64,000 bases of DNA from an uncultured delta proteobacterium (GTDB taxonomy: Bacteria > Myxococcota_A > UBA9160 > SMWR01), in the NCBI GenBank assembly GCA_963832165.1, contig CAWHTE010000007.1, positions 864,001 to 928,000 of the forward strand, in the 5' to 3' direction. Both the position numbers and the translations under genes were made by a program. A model generated the notes under the pieces. The model was given only the letters and a program-made list of their open reading frames with translations. It searched no databases and had not been told where the DNA came from. Shown here in pieces: positions 28,475-40,341 of the stretch. The first letter of the stretch is position 1. Each line of letters begins with the position of its first letter.

Positions 28475-29707
28475 ATGAAGACGTTTTCCCCCGATCTGCT
28501 GCTGCGGCTCGCCGCCGAACACGGCACGCCGTACTACCTGTACGACGCCGAGGGGATCCTGGAGCGGCTCGCGGCGCTGCGCGCGTTCGACGTGGTGCGC
28601 TACGCGCAGAAGGCGTGCTCGAACGTGCACATCCTGCGGCTCCTGCGCGAGGCGGGTGCGCTCGTCGACGCGGTGTCGCTGGGCGAGATCGAGCGCGCGC
28701 TGCGCGCGGGCTACGACGGACGCGGCGAGCCCGCGGGCCTCGTCTACACCGCGGACCTGATCGACGAGGCGACGCTCGACCGCGTCGTGGAGCTCGACAT
28801 CCCGGTCAACGCGGGCTCCGCCGACGTGCTCGAGCAGCTCGGGCGGCGTCGGCCCGGCCACCGCGTCTGGCTGCGCGTGAACCCCGGCTTCGGGCACGGT
28901 CACAGCCGCAAGACCAACACGGGCGGCGAGTGGAGCAAGCACGGCATCTGGCACGCCTATCTCGACGAAGCCCTGCGTCACGTCGAGAAGTACCGCCTCG
29001 ATCTGATCGGCCTTCACATGCACATCGGCTCTGGCGCCGATTTCGAGCACCTGCGCCGCGTGTGCGATGCGATGGTCGACCAGGTGCGCGCGCTCGGCGT
29101 CGACGTGCGCGCGATCTCGGGCGGAGGCGGGCTGCCCGTTCCGTACCGCCCCGGCGACGCGCCCTTCGACACCGCCGCGCTGCACGCGCTCTGGAACGAC
29201 GCGCGCCAGCGCGTCGAGGAGCTGGTCGGGCACCGCGTGAGTCTCGAGATCGAGCCGGGACGCTTCCTCGTGGCGCAATCGGGTGTGCTGGTCGCACGTG
29301 TGCGCGCAACGAAGCGCGAGGGTTCGAACCGCTTCGTCGTCGTCGACGCGGGCTTCAACGATCTCGCGCGCCCGGTGATGTACGGCGCCTATCACGCGAT
29401 CGACGTGATCGCGCAGGGCGGCGGGCTCGCGCAGGGGCCGACTCAGCCGACCGTCGTCGCGGGGCCACTCTGCGAGTCGGGCGACGTGTTCACGCAGCAG
29501 GACGGCGGCGTGGTGGTCCCTCGCGATCTGCCCGACGCCGCGGTCGGCGACCTCGTGGCGATCCGTGACGCGGGCGCCTACGCCTCGTCGATGGCGAGCA
29601 ACTACAACACGCGGCCACTCGCGCCCGAGCTCCTGCTCGAGGGCGGCGCGGTGCGCGAGATCCGGCGGAGGCAGACCGTTGCCGAGCTGCTCGCGCTCGA
29701 GGAGTAG
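28475..29707 (+). CDS. lysA: Diaminopimelate decarboxylase
   Basis: RYAQKACSN (PLP Lys), DAVSLGE, GHSRKTNTGG, HMHIGS, IEPGRF, GPLCESGD, GAYASSMASNYN. Confidence 0.95.
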   Translation: MKTFSPDLLLRLAAEHGTPYYLYDAEGILERLAALRAFDVVRYAQKACSNVHILRLLREAGALVDAVSLGEIERALRAGYDGRGEPAGLVYTADLIDEATLDRVVELDIPVNAGSADVLEQLGRRRPGHRVWLRVNPGFGHGHSRKTNTGGEWSKHGIWHAYLDEALRHVEKYRLDLIGLHMHIGSGADFEHLRRVCDAMVDQVRALGVDVRAISGGGGLPVPYRPGDAPFDTAALHALWNDARQRVEELVGHRVSLEIEPGRFLVAQSGVLVARVRATKREGSNRFVVVDAGFNDLARPVMYGAYHAIDVIAQGGGLAQGPTQPTVVAGPLCESGDVFTQQDGGVVVPRDLPDAAVGDLVAIRDAGAYASSMASNYNTRPLAPELLLEGGAVREIRRRQTVAELLALEE

Positions 29708-29793
29708 CGGCCGTCGCTGTCGCGATACGCGCTTCGCGCTAATCGCCTACGATCCTCGTCGTCGCCGCGGTCGGCTGCGGCACCTATTTCCCC

Positions 29794-31071
29794 GTGAACG
29801 AACCGCTCGAAACGTGGAATCCCTACTCGGGTTACCGCGGCGAGCTGCACGAACGCGAGGAGGCGTCCGACGATGTCGTGCTCATGCTCGCGTTCTCGGG
29901 CGGCGGCACGCGCGCGGCAGCGTTCGCGTACGGTGTGCTCGAGGAGCTCGCGGTCACCCACGTCGCGTTCGACGGTCGCGTGCGCAGCCTGTTCGACGAG
30001 GTCGACCAGGTCTCGGGCGTCTCGGGCGGGAGCTTCACGGCGGCCTATCTCGGGCTGCACGGTCGCGAGGCGTTCCGCGACTTTCCCGAGCGCTTCCTCG
30101 AGCGCGATGTGCAGTCGGCGCTGCTCTTCTCCCTGCTCTCGCCGGTCAACTGGCTCAAGCTCTTCTCGCCCTACTGGGCGCGCAGCGACCTCGCTGCCGA
30201 GTACTACGACCGCGCGATCTTCGAGGGAGCGCGCTTCCGCGACATGGCGGGCTCCGACCGCCCGTTCGTGGCGATCCATGCCACCGACCTCACCACGGGG
30301 AGCCCGTTCGCGTTCGTGCAGGACGCGTTCGATTATCTCTGCTCGGACCTCACGGATTTTCCGGTGTCGCGCGCCGTGGCTTCCTCGTCGGCCGTGCCGA
30401 TCGTGCTCTCGCCGATCACGCTGCGCAATTACGACGCATGCGGCTTCGAGGCGCCGCAGTGGGTGACCCATGCGAGGGCGACCAGCGGCGAGCTCGATCG
30501 CCAGTACGTGAATGCGCGCAACCTCGGTGGCTACCTCGCCAAGAAACGCCGCTACGTGCGGCTGATCGACGGTGTGGTGTCGGACAACCTGGGCGTGCGC
30601 GGGCCGTTCGAGACCTGGTCGTCGATGGAGGTTCCGAAGCGACGGCCCAGGGGCAGCCGCACGCGCGAGGTCGTGCTCTTGATCGTGAACGCCCAGACCA
30701 CACCCGACGAGCAGTGGGATTCGTTCGACCTGCTGCCCTCGCTCGCGGTGATCCTCGACGCCGTCACGAGCGCACAGGTGAACCGCTACAACCTCGAGAC
30801 GATCGAGCTCCTGAAGAACCGGTTCAAGTTGTGGAACACGCGCGCGTCCAAATGGAATCCGCCGCAGCGATTCACGCTGATCGAGACGAGCTTCGTCGAC
30901 GTGAAGAATCCGCTCGAGCGCATGCACCTGAATGGCCTCACGACGAGCCTCTCGCTGCCCGCGGACGAAGTCACGCGGCTGCGCCGCGCCGCACGCGGGG
31001 CGCTGCGCGAGGATCCGGCGTTTCGCGCGTTGGTCGAGCGGCTGTCGGGGAGCGCCGAGGGCGGCGGTTAG
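29794..31071 (+). CDS. Patatin-like phospholipase; probable lipoprotein with damaged 5' end
   Basis: SGGGTRAA, GVSGGS (GxSxG), ASSAVP, DGVVSDN; in-frame upstream ILVVAAVGC is preceded by TAA at 29740. Confidence 0.85.
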   Translation: MNEPLETWNPYSGYRGELHEREEASDDVVLMLAFSGGGTRAAAFAYGVLEELAVTHVAFDGRVRSLFDEVDQVSGVSGGSFTAAYLGLHGREAFRDFPERFLERDVQSALLFSLLSPVNWLKLFSPYWARSDLAAEYYDRAIFEGARFRDMAGSDRPFVAIHATDLTTGSPFAFVQDAFDYLCSDLTDFPVSRAVASSSAVPIVLSPITLRNYDACGFEAPQWVTHARATSGELDRQYVNARNLGGYLAKKRRYVRLIDGVVSDNLGVRGPFETWSSMEVPKRRPRGSRTREVVLLIVNAQTTPDEQWDSFDLLPSLAVILDAVTSAQVNRYNLETIELLKNRFKLWNTRASKWNPPQRFTLIETSFVDVKNPLERMHLNGLTTSLSLPADEVTRLRRAARGALREDPAFRALVERLSGSAEGGG

Positions 31072-31976
31072 GCGTGCGCGCGCGGGACCGCGACGTGCGC
31101 GAGCACGCCCAGCGGGCCCTCGCGGCGCACCACGTCGAGCTCTTCGCGGCCGGGCACCATGAGCGCACCGGCGAAGCCGAGGCCGTTCACGTTTATGCCG
31201 CGCCACTGCGCGCGCGCGCGAGGCACGAGGAGCATCCAGTCATGGCACACGAGCAGGTTGTAGGGCTGGCCGTGGCGATGGCAGCCGAACGCGCGCGCGA
31301 GCTGTTGATAGAGGCCGAATAGCACGCCGGCCGCGTCGGCGGGCGGTTGATTCCCGATCGCGCGCAGCTTCGCGATGCCGTGCAGGAAGGGAAGCGCGGT
31401 GATCCGCCCGATTCCCGCATCGAACGCGGCGTCGGCCTGCACCGCGTGGAACGGCGTTGCGAGCGGCGGCTCCGCGATCGGCGTGGGCACGAGCTGGAAA
31501 TGGCGGTGGCGCTCGCTCGCGCCCGCTGCCGGGCCCGCGTTGTAGAACGCGAGCCCTCCTGCCTCGGATAGACAGGTCCAGACCGCCTCGAAGTCGCTGC
31601 GCTCGAGCGGAGCCAGCTGGTCCTGGAAATCGCGCGTGATGATCAGCGCGTGGTGCTCGATCACGGGAAACTTGTTCAGCACGCACAGGTGCGACTCGCC
31701 GATCCGGCCCACGACCAGCTCCGGATCGGGCGGCAGGAACGGGTTGGTGCCGCGCTCGCTGCTGCGCGCAGCGAGGCGGCGCTGCCGTGCAGCGAGCGGG
31801 CTCGCCACGCGCACGACGAACGGGATGCCCCAGTCGTGCTCGGGAACCATCTCGGTCTCGATCGGCTCGAGCACACCGCCCGCGAGAGCTGTGGCGGTTC
31901 GCCGCGCGATCGCATCCCAGAGGCCGCCGCGCGCGACGCGATCCGACCCATCGAGCGCGGCGCGCGCGTCACGCAT
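31068..31976 (-). CDS. ATP adenylyltransferase / Ap4A phosphorylase family
   Basis: NPFLPPDPEL, LNKFPVIEHH, FYNAGPAAGASERHRHFQ (HxHxQ), INVNGLGFAG. Confidence 0.9.
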   Translation of the reverse strand: MRDARAALDGSDRVARGGLWDAIARRTATALAGGVLEPIETEMVPEHDWGIPFVVRVASPLAARQRRLAARSSERGTNPFLPPDPELVVGRIGESHLCVLNKFPVIEHHALIITRDFQDQLAPLERSDFEAVWTCLSEAGGLAFYNAGPAAGASERHRHFQLVPTPIAEPPLATPFHAVQADAAFDAGIGRITALPFLHGIAKLRAIGNQPPADAAGVLFGLYQQLARAFGCHRHGQPYNLLVCHDWMLLVPRARAQWRGINVNGLGFAGALMVPGREELDVVRREGPLGVLAHVAVPRAHA

Positions 31977-33543
31977 CGAGCAGGTAGCCGCGCGCCAGCG
32001 CGCGGAACGCTCCGACCTGTGCCGACGCCCACGCCGCGTCGCGGCCGAGCTCCCCTGCGAGCAGGCTCGCGACGCGCGGGGCGATCTCGCTCGCCGCTCG
32101 CGCGTCGAGCAGCAGTGCGCGCGTGCGGCGCGCGAGCGCGTCCTCGACGCTGCGCGCCATCTCGTGGCGCGCGCCGAACACGATCTGCGCGCCCGTGTAG
32201 GGCAGGCGCGGGTGCAGCGGCAGAGCGAGGCTCGCATCCGTGCTCGCGATCTCCTCGATCGCGGGCAGGTCCGATCCGTACACGCGCCGTGCGTAGTCGG
32301 CGGGATAGGCGGGATCGTTCCGGTCGAGGCTGCCGTGCAGGGCCAGCGTCTCGGTGACACACGGCCGCGACGGCAGCCCGCCGACCGCAATCGCGTCGAC
32401 CAGCGCGTCCTCGGCCATCTTCCGGTAGGTAGTCCACTTCCCGCCCACGAGCGTCACGAGGCCCGAGTTGCTCACCACCACCGCGTGCTCGCGCGAGATC
32501 TTCTTCGTGTCGGCGTCTTCGCCGCGCACGAGCGGGCGCTGGCCCGCGAACACCGAGAGCACGTCTCCGCGGCCCGGGTCCTTGGCGAGGAAACGGCCCG
32601 CGTTGCGCAGCACGAATTCGATCTCCTCGGGCAGTGCGCGCGGCTCGATCTCGGCCGAGGGCATCGGCGTGTCGGTAGTGCCCACGAGGACGCGGCCGTG
32701 CCACGGGATCAGGAACAGCACGCGGCCGTCGTCCGTCTGCGGAACCATGATCGCGTTCGGCCCGGGCTGGAACGAGGCGTCGAGCACGAGGTGGATGCCC
32801 TGGCTCGGCGAGGTCATCGGGACGGCGTCGGGGTGATCGAGCCAGCGCAGCGTGTCCGAGAAGATCCCGGTTGCGTTCACCACGACGCGCGCGAGGATGC
32901 GCCGCAGCTCGCCGCTCTCGGCGTCGCGCGCCACGACACCGCAGGTGTGGCCGTCGCCACCGCCGGCCTTGAGCAGCTCGATCACCTCCATGTAGTTGAT
33001 CAGCGCTGCGCCGTGATCGGCGGCCGTGCGCGCGAGGTGGATCGCCATGCGCGCATCGTCGAACTGCGCGTCGTGGTACATCGTTCCGCCGATCAGATCC
33101 TCCTGCTCGACGTTCGGGATCGCAGCGATCGTCGCGTCGCGGTCGAGGCCGCGGCTCGGCGCGAGGTTCAGGTCGCCCGCGAGCGCGTCGTAGAGCTTCA
33201 GTCCGATGCCGTAGAACGGGCCCTGCCACCAGCGGTAGCGCGGCACCACGAAGCCGAGGTTCGACACGAGGTGCGGCGCGTTGCGATAGAGCAGTCCGCG
33301 CTCGCGCAGCGCCTCGGTGACGAGCGAGAAGTTGAGCTGCTCCAGATAGCGCACGCCGCCGTGCACGAGTTTGGTGCTGCGGCTCGACGTGCCCTTCGCG
33401 AAATCGTACGCCTCGAGGAGCAGCGTCCGGTATCCGCGGCTCGCGGCGTCGACGGCCACGCCCAATCCCGATGCGCCGCCGCCGATCACGATGATGTCGA
33501 AGCTCTCCCGGTCGAGCCGGGCGATCATCTCCTCGCGCTTCAT
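31969..33543 (-). CDS. glpD: FAD-dependent glycerol-3-phosphate dehydrogenase
   Basis: IGGGASG, DFAKGTSSRSTKLVHGGVRYL, FDDARM, VGTTD, GGKWTTYRKMAED. Confidence 0.93.
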   Translation of the reverse strand: MKREEMIARLDRESFDIIVIGGGASGLGVAVDAASRGYRTLLLEAYDFAKGTSSRSTKLVHGGVRYLEQLNFSLVTEALRERGLLYRNAPHLVSNLGFVVPRYRWWQGPFYGIGLKLYDALAGDLNLAPSRGLDRDATIAAIPNVEQEDLIGGTMYHDAQFDDARMAIHLARTAADHGAALINYMEVIELLKAGGGDGHTCGVVARDAESGELRRILARVVVNATGIFSDTLRWLDHPDAVPMTSPSQGIHLVLDASFQPGPNAIMVPQTDDGRVLFLIPWHGRVLVGTTDTPMPSAEIEPRALPEEIEFVLRNAGRFLAKDPGRGDVLSVFAGQRPLVRGEDADTKKISREHAVVVSNSGLVTLVGGKWTTYRKMAEDALVDAIAVGGLPSRPCVTETLALHGSLDRNDPAYPADYARRVYGSDLPAIEEIASTDASLALPLHPRLPYTGAQIVFGARHEMARSVEDALARRTRALLLDARAASEIAPRVASLLAGELGRDAAWASAQVGAFRALARGYLLDA

Positions 33544-33579
33544 CCTGGGAGGATGCTACCGAGGGTGTACTCTGCCGCC

Positions 33580-36500
33580 ATGCAAGCCTCGCGAGAGCCG
33601 AGGGCGAGCGGAGGCGATGGAGTGAGGCGCCTGGTCGTCTCGCCCGCGCGCCGAGGAGCGGCTCGCGGTGGCGCGCGCCTGGCTGCGCGCGCGCGGGCCG
33701 GGCGAAGAGGTGCTCGTGGTCGGCGCGACCGCCGACGCCGCGGCCGACCTCGTGCGCGGCGCCGCGCTCGACGCGGGTGGTGCATTCGGGTGGCATCGCA
33801 CCACGGTCGCGCGACTGGCCGCGGCGCTCGCGGCGCGCGCGCTCGTCGAGCTCTGCCGCGTCCCGGTCGGGCGGCTCGTGTCCGAGGCCGTCGTCGCGCG
33901 CGTGCTGCACGGTCTCGGCGAGCGCGGTGAGCTCGGTCGCCTCGCGCATACCGGGCGCGGACCCGGGCTCGCGCGCGCTCTCACGTCCGTGCTCGAAGAG
34001 CTGCGCGGTGAGCAGCTCGCGCCGGCTCGCGTCGCGGCGGTGGCGCCCGAGCTCGCGCGTGTGCACGAAGCCTACGACGCGGCGCTCATCGCCGCGGGGC
34101 TCGCCGATCGGGCCGTCGTCGAAGAGCTCGCGGCCGAGGCCGCGCGCTCTTCGCAGCACGCGGCGTGGCTCGATCTGCCGCTCGTGCTGCTCGACCTGCC
34201 CGCGCCCACCGCAACGGGGCGCGCGCTGCTCGAGGCCGTGGTCGCGCGCGCTCCCGACTGCCTCGCGATCGCGCCCGAAGGCGACGCGCGCGCAGTCGAG
34301 TCGCTCGCGTCCGTGCTGCGCGTCTCGCCCGAGCGCGTCGGTGCCGCCGACGCGCCAAGCGCGCTGCACGCGATGCAAGAGCATCTGTTCCGCGACAGCG
34401 CTCCCGCGCCGCGACCGCCCGACGATTCGGTGCAGCTGCTCTCGGCGCCGGGCGAGAGCCGCGAGTGCGTGGAGATCGCGCGGCGCATCCACGCCGCCGC
34501 GCGCAGCGGGACCCCGTTCGACCGGATCGCGGTGCTGCTGCGCGCGCCCGAAGCCTACGGCCCGTTCCTGGTCGAGGCGCTGCGCCGCGCGGCGATTCCC
34601 GCGCACTTCGCGCGCGGCGCGCGGCGCCCCGACCCGAGCGGGCGCGCGTTGCTCGCGCTGCTCGCGTGTGCTGCAGAGAGCTATTCGGCGCGGCGGTTCG
34701 CGGAGTATCTGTCGCTGGGCGAGGTGCCGCCGCGCGCGCCGGGCGGCGATCCGCCCGCTGCGCCGGCCTCGGGCGAGCGCTGGGTGCCCCCCGACGAGGA
34801 GCTCGTGGCCGCGCGCGTCGGTGCCGCGGACGAGGCGGATGGCGAGGCCGAGCCCGAACCCGCGCGCGGGAGCGGCAGCCTGCCCGCGCCGCGCCGCTGG
34901 GAGCGCCTGCTCGTCGAGGCGGCCGTGATCGGCGGACGCGAGCGCTGGCGGCGCCGCCTCGACGGACTCGCGCGCGAGATCGAGAAGAAGATCGACGAGG
35001 TCGAGGATCCCGATGGGCCGCTCGCGGAGCGGCTCCGCCGCGATTGCGCCGACCTCGCGCATCTGCGCGCGTACGCACTGCCACTCATCGACGCGCTCGC
35101 GAACCTGCCCGCGTCGGCGCGCTGGGCGGAATGGATCGACACGCTGAGCGCGCTCGCGGCCAGCGCGCTGCGCAGCCCCGAGCGCGTGCAGTCGGTGCTC
35201 GCGGAGCTCGCGCCGATGGCCGAGGTCGGGCCGATCGGATTGCGCGAGGTGCAGCTCGTGCTCACGCCGCGCTTGCAGCAGGTCGCGAGCCCGCCGCCGG
35301 GTGCGCGCTATGGCAAGGTCTTCGTCGCCCCGGTCGAGGCCGCGCGTGGGCTCGACTTCGACCTGGTCTTCGTGCCGGGTCTCGCCGAGAAGCTCTTCCC
35401 GCGCAAGATCGGCGAGGAGCCGATCCTGCTCGACGCAGTGCGCGAGCAGCTCGCCTCCGGGCTCGCCACCAACGAACGCCGGCTCGAAGCCGAACGCACG
35501 GCGTTGCGCCTCGCGGTCGGCGCCGCGCGCGAGCGGGCAGTGCTCTCGTACCCGCGCCTCGACGTCGACGGAGCGCGCCCGCGCGTGCCTTCGTTCTACG
35601 CGCTCGAGGCGCTGCGCGCCGCCGAGGGGGTGTTGCCGGGCTTCGACGAGCTCTCGCGCCGCGCGGAGATGTTCGGCGAGGCGCGCCTGGGCTGGCCCGC
35701 GCCCGAGCAGCCGGCCGCCGCGATCGACGCAGCCGAGTTCGATCTCGCGCGGCTCGCGGCGCTCGAAGAGGACGACGAGTCGAGCCGCGGCGCCGCGCGC
35801 TATCTGCTCGGCGCGAATCCGCACCTGGGCCGCGCGCTGCGCTTCCGCGGGCGGCGCTGGGAGGTGGCGGGCTGGACGAGCGCGGATGGGTTCGTGAAGC
35901 CGATCGAAGCGGGACGCCGCGCGCTCGCGGCGCACGCGCTCACCGCGCGCAGCTATTCGCCGACGGCGCTCCAGCACTACGCGACGTGCCCGTACAAGTT
36001 CTTCCTGCAGGCGGTCTGCAGGCTCGCACCGCGCGAAGAGCCCGAGGCGATCGAGGAGCTGGATCCGCTGCAGCGCGGATCGCTCGTCCACGCGGTGCAG
36101 TTCGCGTTGTTCGGCGCGCTGCGCGACGCGGGGCTCCTGCCCGTGACGCCGGCGCGGCTCGACGCCGCGCGCGCCCACCTCGACGCCGTGCTCGAGAAGG
36201 TCGCCGCCGACTACGCCGACGCGCTCGCACCCGCGATCGAGCGCGTGTGGCGGGACGGCGTCGACTCGGTGCGCGCGGACCTGCGCGAGTGGCTGCGCCG
36301 CGCGAGCGAGGATGGCTCCGGGTTCGTGCCGTGGCGCTTCGAGCTCTCGTTCGGCCTGCCGAGCGGGCGCGACGCCGATCCCGCCTCCCAGGCGGAGCCG
36401 GTCGCGCTCGAAACGGGGCTGTCTCTGCGCGGATCGATCGATCTGGTCGAGCGAGCGGAGGACGGACGCCTGCGCGTCACCGACCACAAGACCGGCAAGG

Positions 36501-36868
36501 AGCGCTTCGAGGACGGCGCCGTGATCGATGGCGGCCACACGCTGCAGCCCGTGCTCTACGCGCTCGCAGTCGAGAAGGTGTTCTCGGGCGCCCCCGTGGA
36601 TTCCGGCCGCCTCTACTACTGCACCTCCGCGGGCGGCTTCGCCGAGCACGAAGTCGCGCTGAACGACGCCGCGCGCGCCGCGGCGCGCACCGTGGCGCAG
36701 ACCGTCGGCACGGCGCTCGACGAGGCGTTCCTCCCTGCGGCACCGGCCCGCGACGCGTGCCGCTGGTGCGATTACCGGCCCGTGTGCGGGCCGTACGAGG
36801 AGCGCCGCGTGCAGCGCAAGTACGCGCCTGCGCTCGCGGCGCTGCACAAGCTCCGGGACGAGCGATGA
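33580..36868 (+). CDS. AddB/RexB-like inactive helicase plus PD-(D/E)XK nuclease; apparent one-base frame break near 33645
   Basis: SAPGESRECVEIARRI, RGLDFDLVFVPGL, SPTALQHYATCPYKFF, LRGSIDLVE, DHKTG, CRWCDYRPVC (four Fe-S Cys). Main frame opens at 33626; likely start ATG 33580 lies in another frame. Confidence 0.88.
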
Positions 36869-39800
36869 GCCGCAAAGAGAGCTCGCCGATCGACGCCGAC
36901 GCGCGCCAGAAGATCGCCGCGCAGCTCGACACCACGCTGTTCGTCGAGGCCGCGGCGGGTACTGGCAAGACCACCGCGCTCGTGGGGCGGATCGTGGCGC
37001 TCGTGAGCAGCGGGCGCGCCGCCCTGAAACAGATCGTCGCGCTCACGTTCGCCGACAAGGCCGCGGGCGAGATGCGGCTGCGGCTGCGCTCCGAGCTCGA
37101 GCGCGCGCGGGTCGCGACGCCGCCCGAAAGCGAGGAGCGCAAGCGGCTCGACGCTGCACTCGAGCAGCTCGAGCTCGCGCGCATCGCGACGATCCACGCG
37201 TTCTGCGGCGACCTGCTCCAGGAGCGGCCCGTCGAAGCGGGCGTGGACCCGATGTTCGCGATCGCGGCCCCCGACGAGGCGGCGCGCCTGCTCGACCGCG
37301 CGTTCGACGACTGGTTCCAGCACGCGCTCGCAGATCCGCCCGAGGGCGTTCAGCGCCTGCTGCGCCGGCGCCCGCGCGGGCCCGACGCGCGCAGCGCGCG
37401 CGCCACGCTGTTCGAGGCCGCGCGCTCACTGGTCGAGCACCGCGACTACACCGCGCGCTGGCGCCGCGATCCGTTCGGGCGCGCCAGTGCAATCGACGAG
37501 GTGATGACGGAGCTCGACGCGCTCGCGGACCTCGCGCCGCGCGCCGCGGATCCCAGCGACTGGCTGTCGCAGAACCTCCAGAACATCGCGCGATTCGCGG
37601 CCGAGAACCGGCTGCGCGAGACGGTGCGCGGGCGCGATCACGACGCGCTCGAGGCCGAGCTGCGCGAGCTCGCGCGAACGCGCAAGGTCGGGTGGCACTA
37701 CTCGGGCCGCCAGCGGCGCGAGTTCGCGCCGGGCGTTCTGCGCAGCGAGGTGCTCGCGAAGCGCGATGCCGCGAAGCAGCGTCTCGATCGGCTGCTCGCC
37801 GACTGCGACGCCGACCTCGCGGCGTGCCTGCAGCCGGAGCTCTTCCCGGTGGTGGCGAAGTACGAGGAGCACAAGCGCGCCGCGGGCGTGCTCGACTTCG
37901 TCGACCTGCTCGTGTGCACGCGCGATCTGCTCGTGCGCGACGCCGGGGTACGCGCCGATCTCGCGCGCCGCTTCACCCATTACTTCGTCGACGAGTTCCA
38001 GGACACCGACCCGCTCCAGGCCGAGATCCTGATGCTGCTCGTGTCGGACGATCCGCAGCAGCGCGACTGGCGCGTGGCGATGCCCGCACCCGGGCGCCTG
38101 TTCGTGGTCGGCGATCCGAAGCAGTCGATCTACCGGTTCCGCCGCGCCGACGTGGCGATCTACGAGCAGATCAAGGAGCGCCTCGTCGCGCACGGCGCCG
38201 AGCTCGTGCTCTTGCGCGCGAGCTTCCGCGCGGTGCCGGCGATCCAGGCCGCCGTGAACGCGGCGTTCGAGCCCGAGATGCAGGCCGCCGCCGACCGGAG
38301 TCAGGCGCGTTATGTCGCGCTCGAGGCCGTGCGCGCCGACGAGCCGGCCCAGCCCGCCGTGGTGGTGGTCCCCGCGCCGAAGCCCTATGGCGATTACGGC
38401 ACGGTGGTGTCGTGGAAGGTCGCAGAGTCGCTGCCCGACGCGGTCGGCGCGTTCATCGACTGGCTGATCCGCAAGAGCGGCTGGACGGTCGAGGAGCGCG
38501 GCGCACGCGTGCCGGTGGCGGCGCGCCACGTGTGCCTGCTGTTCCGCCGCTTCAAACACTTCCGCGACGACGCGACGCGACCCTACCAGCGCGCGCTCGA
38601 GGCGCGCCGCATCCCGCACGTGCTCGTGGGCGGGCGCTCGTTCCACGATCGCGAGGAGGTGATCGCGCTGCGCAACGCGCTCACCGCGATCGAATGGCCC
38701 GGCGACGAGCTGTCCGTGTACGCCACGCTGCGCGGACCGCTGTTCGCGCTCACCGACGATGTGCTGCTCGCATTCCGCGCGGAACACGGAACGTTGCACC
38801 CGCTCGCACCCCGCAAGCCGGCGGAGCCGGCGCCAGCGAGCCGCAGGCGAGCGAAGTAGATGCGGTAGCGGACGCGATCGACGTGCTCGCGCGCCTGCAT
38901 CGCGGCCGCAACCGCCGCCCGATCGCCGACACGGTGGGCCAGCTGCTCGAGGCCGTGCGCGCGCATGCGGCGCTCGCGATCTGGCCCACGGGCGAGCAGG
39001 CGCTCGCGAACTGCACGCGCGTGATGGACCTCGCGCGCCGCTTCGAGCGCGCGGGCGCGTCGTCGTTCCGGGCTTTCGTCGACCGCCTCGAGGAGGACGC
39101 CGAGAGCGGCGACACCGAGGATGCGCCCGTGGTGGAGGAGGGCACCGAGGGCGTGCGGATCATGACGGCGCACCGCGCCAAGGGGCTCGAGTTCCCCGTC
39201 GTGGTGCTGTGCGATCCGACCGCGAACGCCACGCGCGATCAGCCGAGCCGACACGTCGACCCGGAGCGGTCGCTCTGGGCGGAGCCGCTCGCGGGCTGCG
39301 CGCCGCGCGAGCTGCTCGAGGCGAGCGCAGTCGAGCTCGCGCGCGATCGCGCCGAGTCGGTGCGGCTCGCCTATGTCGCCGCCACGCGCGCGCGCGACCT
39401 GCTCGTCGTCACGGGCGTCGCGGACGAGGAGCTCGAGGGCAGCTGGCTCTCGGCGCTGCACCCCGCGATCTATCCGAGCACGCTCTCCTCGGGCGAAGGC
39501 GAGCCGGCCGCGGGCTGCCCGCCGTTCCGCGGCGCAGCAGTGGCGGAGCGCCCCAGGAACGCGAAGCCCGGCAAGCGCGCGCCCGTGAACGCGGGCCGCA
39601 CGTCGGCGCGCGCGGGCCGACACTCGGTGGTGTGGTGGGATCCGAAGGCGCTCTCGCTCGACGCGCAGGAGCGCGTCGGGCTGCGCCAGCAGCGCATTCT
39701 CGAAGCCGACGAGGGCGGCAGCGCCGCGGCCGAGGGCGAGCGCGTGCACGCGCAGTGGCAGAGCGATCGCGAGGCACTGCTCGCGGCAGGCGCGCGCGCG

Positions 39801-40334
39801 ACCTTCGCGGTCGTTCCGGTCACGGCGCTCGCGGAGGAGCGCGCAGCGGTAGCGCCGGCGCCGCAGGTGAGAATCGAGACGGTGGTGTCGCGCGGCGCGC
39901 GGCCGGGTGGGCGCCGCTTCGGCACGCTCGTGCACGCGGTGCTCGCGGAGGTGGATCTGCGCGCGAGCGCGGACGAAGTCGCGCGGATCGCGGCGCTCCA
40001 GGGGCGGATCGTCGGTGCGACCGCGGACGAAGTCGCGGCCGCGAGCGCCGCGGCGGTAGCGGCACTCGCGCATCCCGTGATCGCGCGCGCGGCGGCGAGC
40101 GCCGCGCTGCGCCGCGAGGTGCCGGTCGCGCTTCGCCAGGAGGACGGGCGGCTCGCCGAGGGCGTGGTCGACCTCGCGTTCCGCGAGGATGCGCGCTGGA
40201 TCGTCGTCGACTGGAAGACCGACGCCGAGCTCGGCCCGCGCCGCGCGACCTACGCCGCGCAGGTGCAGGTCTACGCCGACGCGATCGCGCGCGCGACGGG
40301 CGAGCGCGCCGAGGCGCTGCTGCTCGTGGTATGA
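36865..40334 (+). CDS. AddA/UvrD-like helicase-nuclease, split by a frame break at about 38820-38859
   Basis: AAAGTGKT, LTFADKAA, TIHAFC, VDEFQDTD, VGDPKQSIYRFR in the first frame; MTAHRAKGLEF, YVAATRARD, GTLVH, GVVDL, DWKTD in the second. ATGA overlap with addB. Confidence 0.9.
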
Positions 40335-40341
40335 ATCCGCC

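Noticed and set aside
31676..36847. 1723-aa minus-strand ORF and similar giant ORFs (21905-25714, 34165-36864 extension, 55191-57308)
   Set aside because: Shadow frames of real genes in GC-rich DNA; Arg/Ala-rich with no motifs.
35940..36868. Cas4-like Fe-S nuclease domain as a sign of CRISPR or a defence system
   Set aside because: It is the C-terminal domain of an AddB-like protein paired with AddA; no array or cas genes are present.
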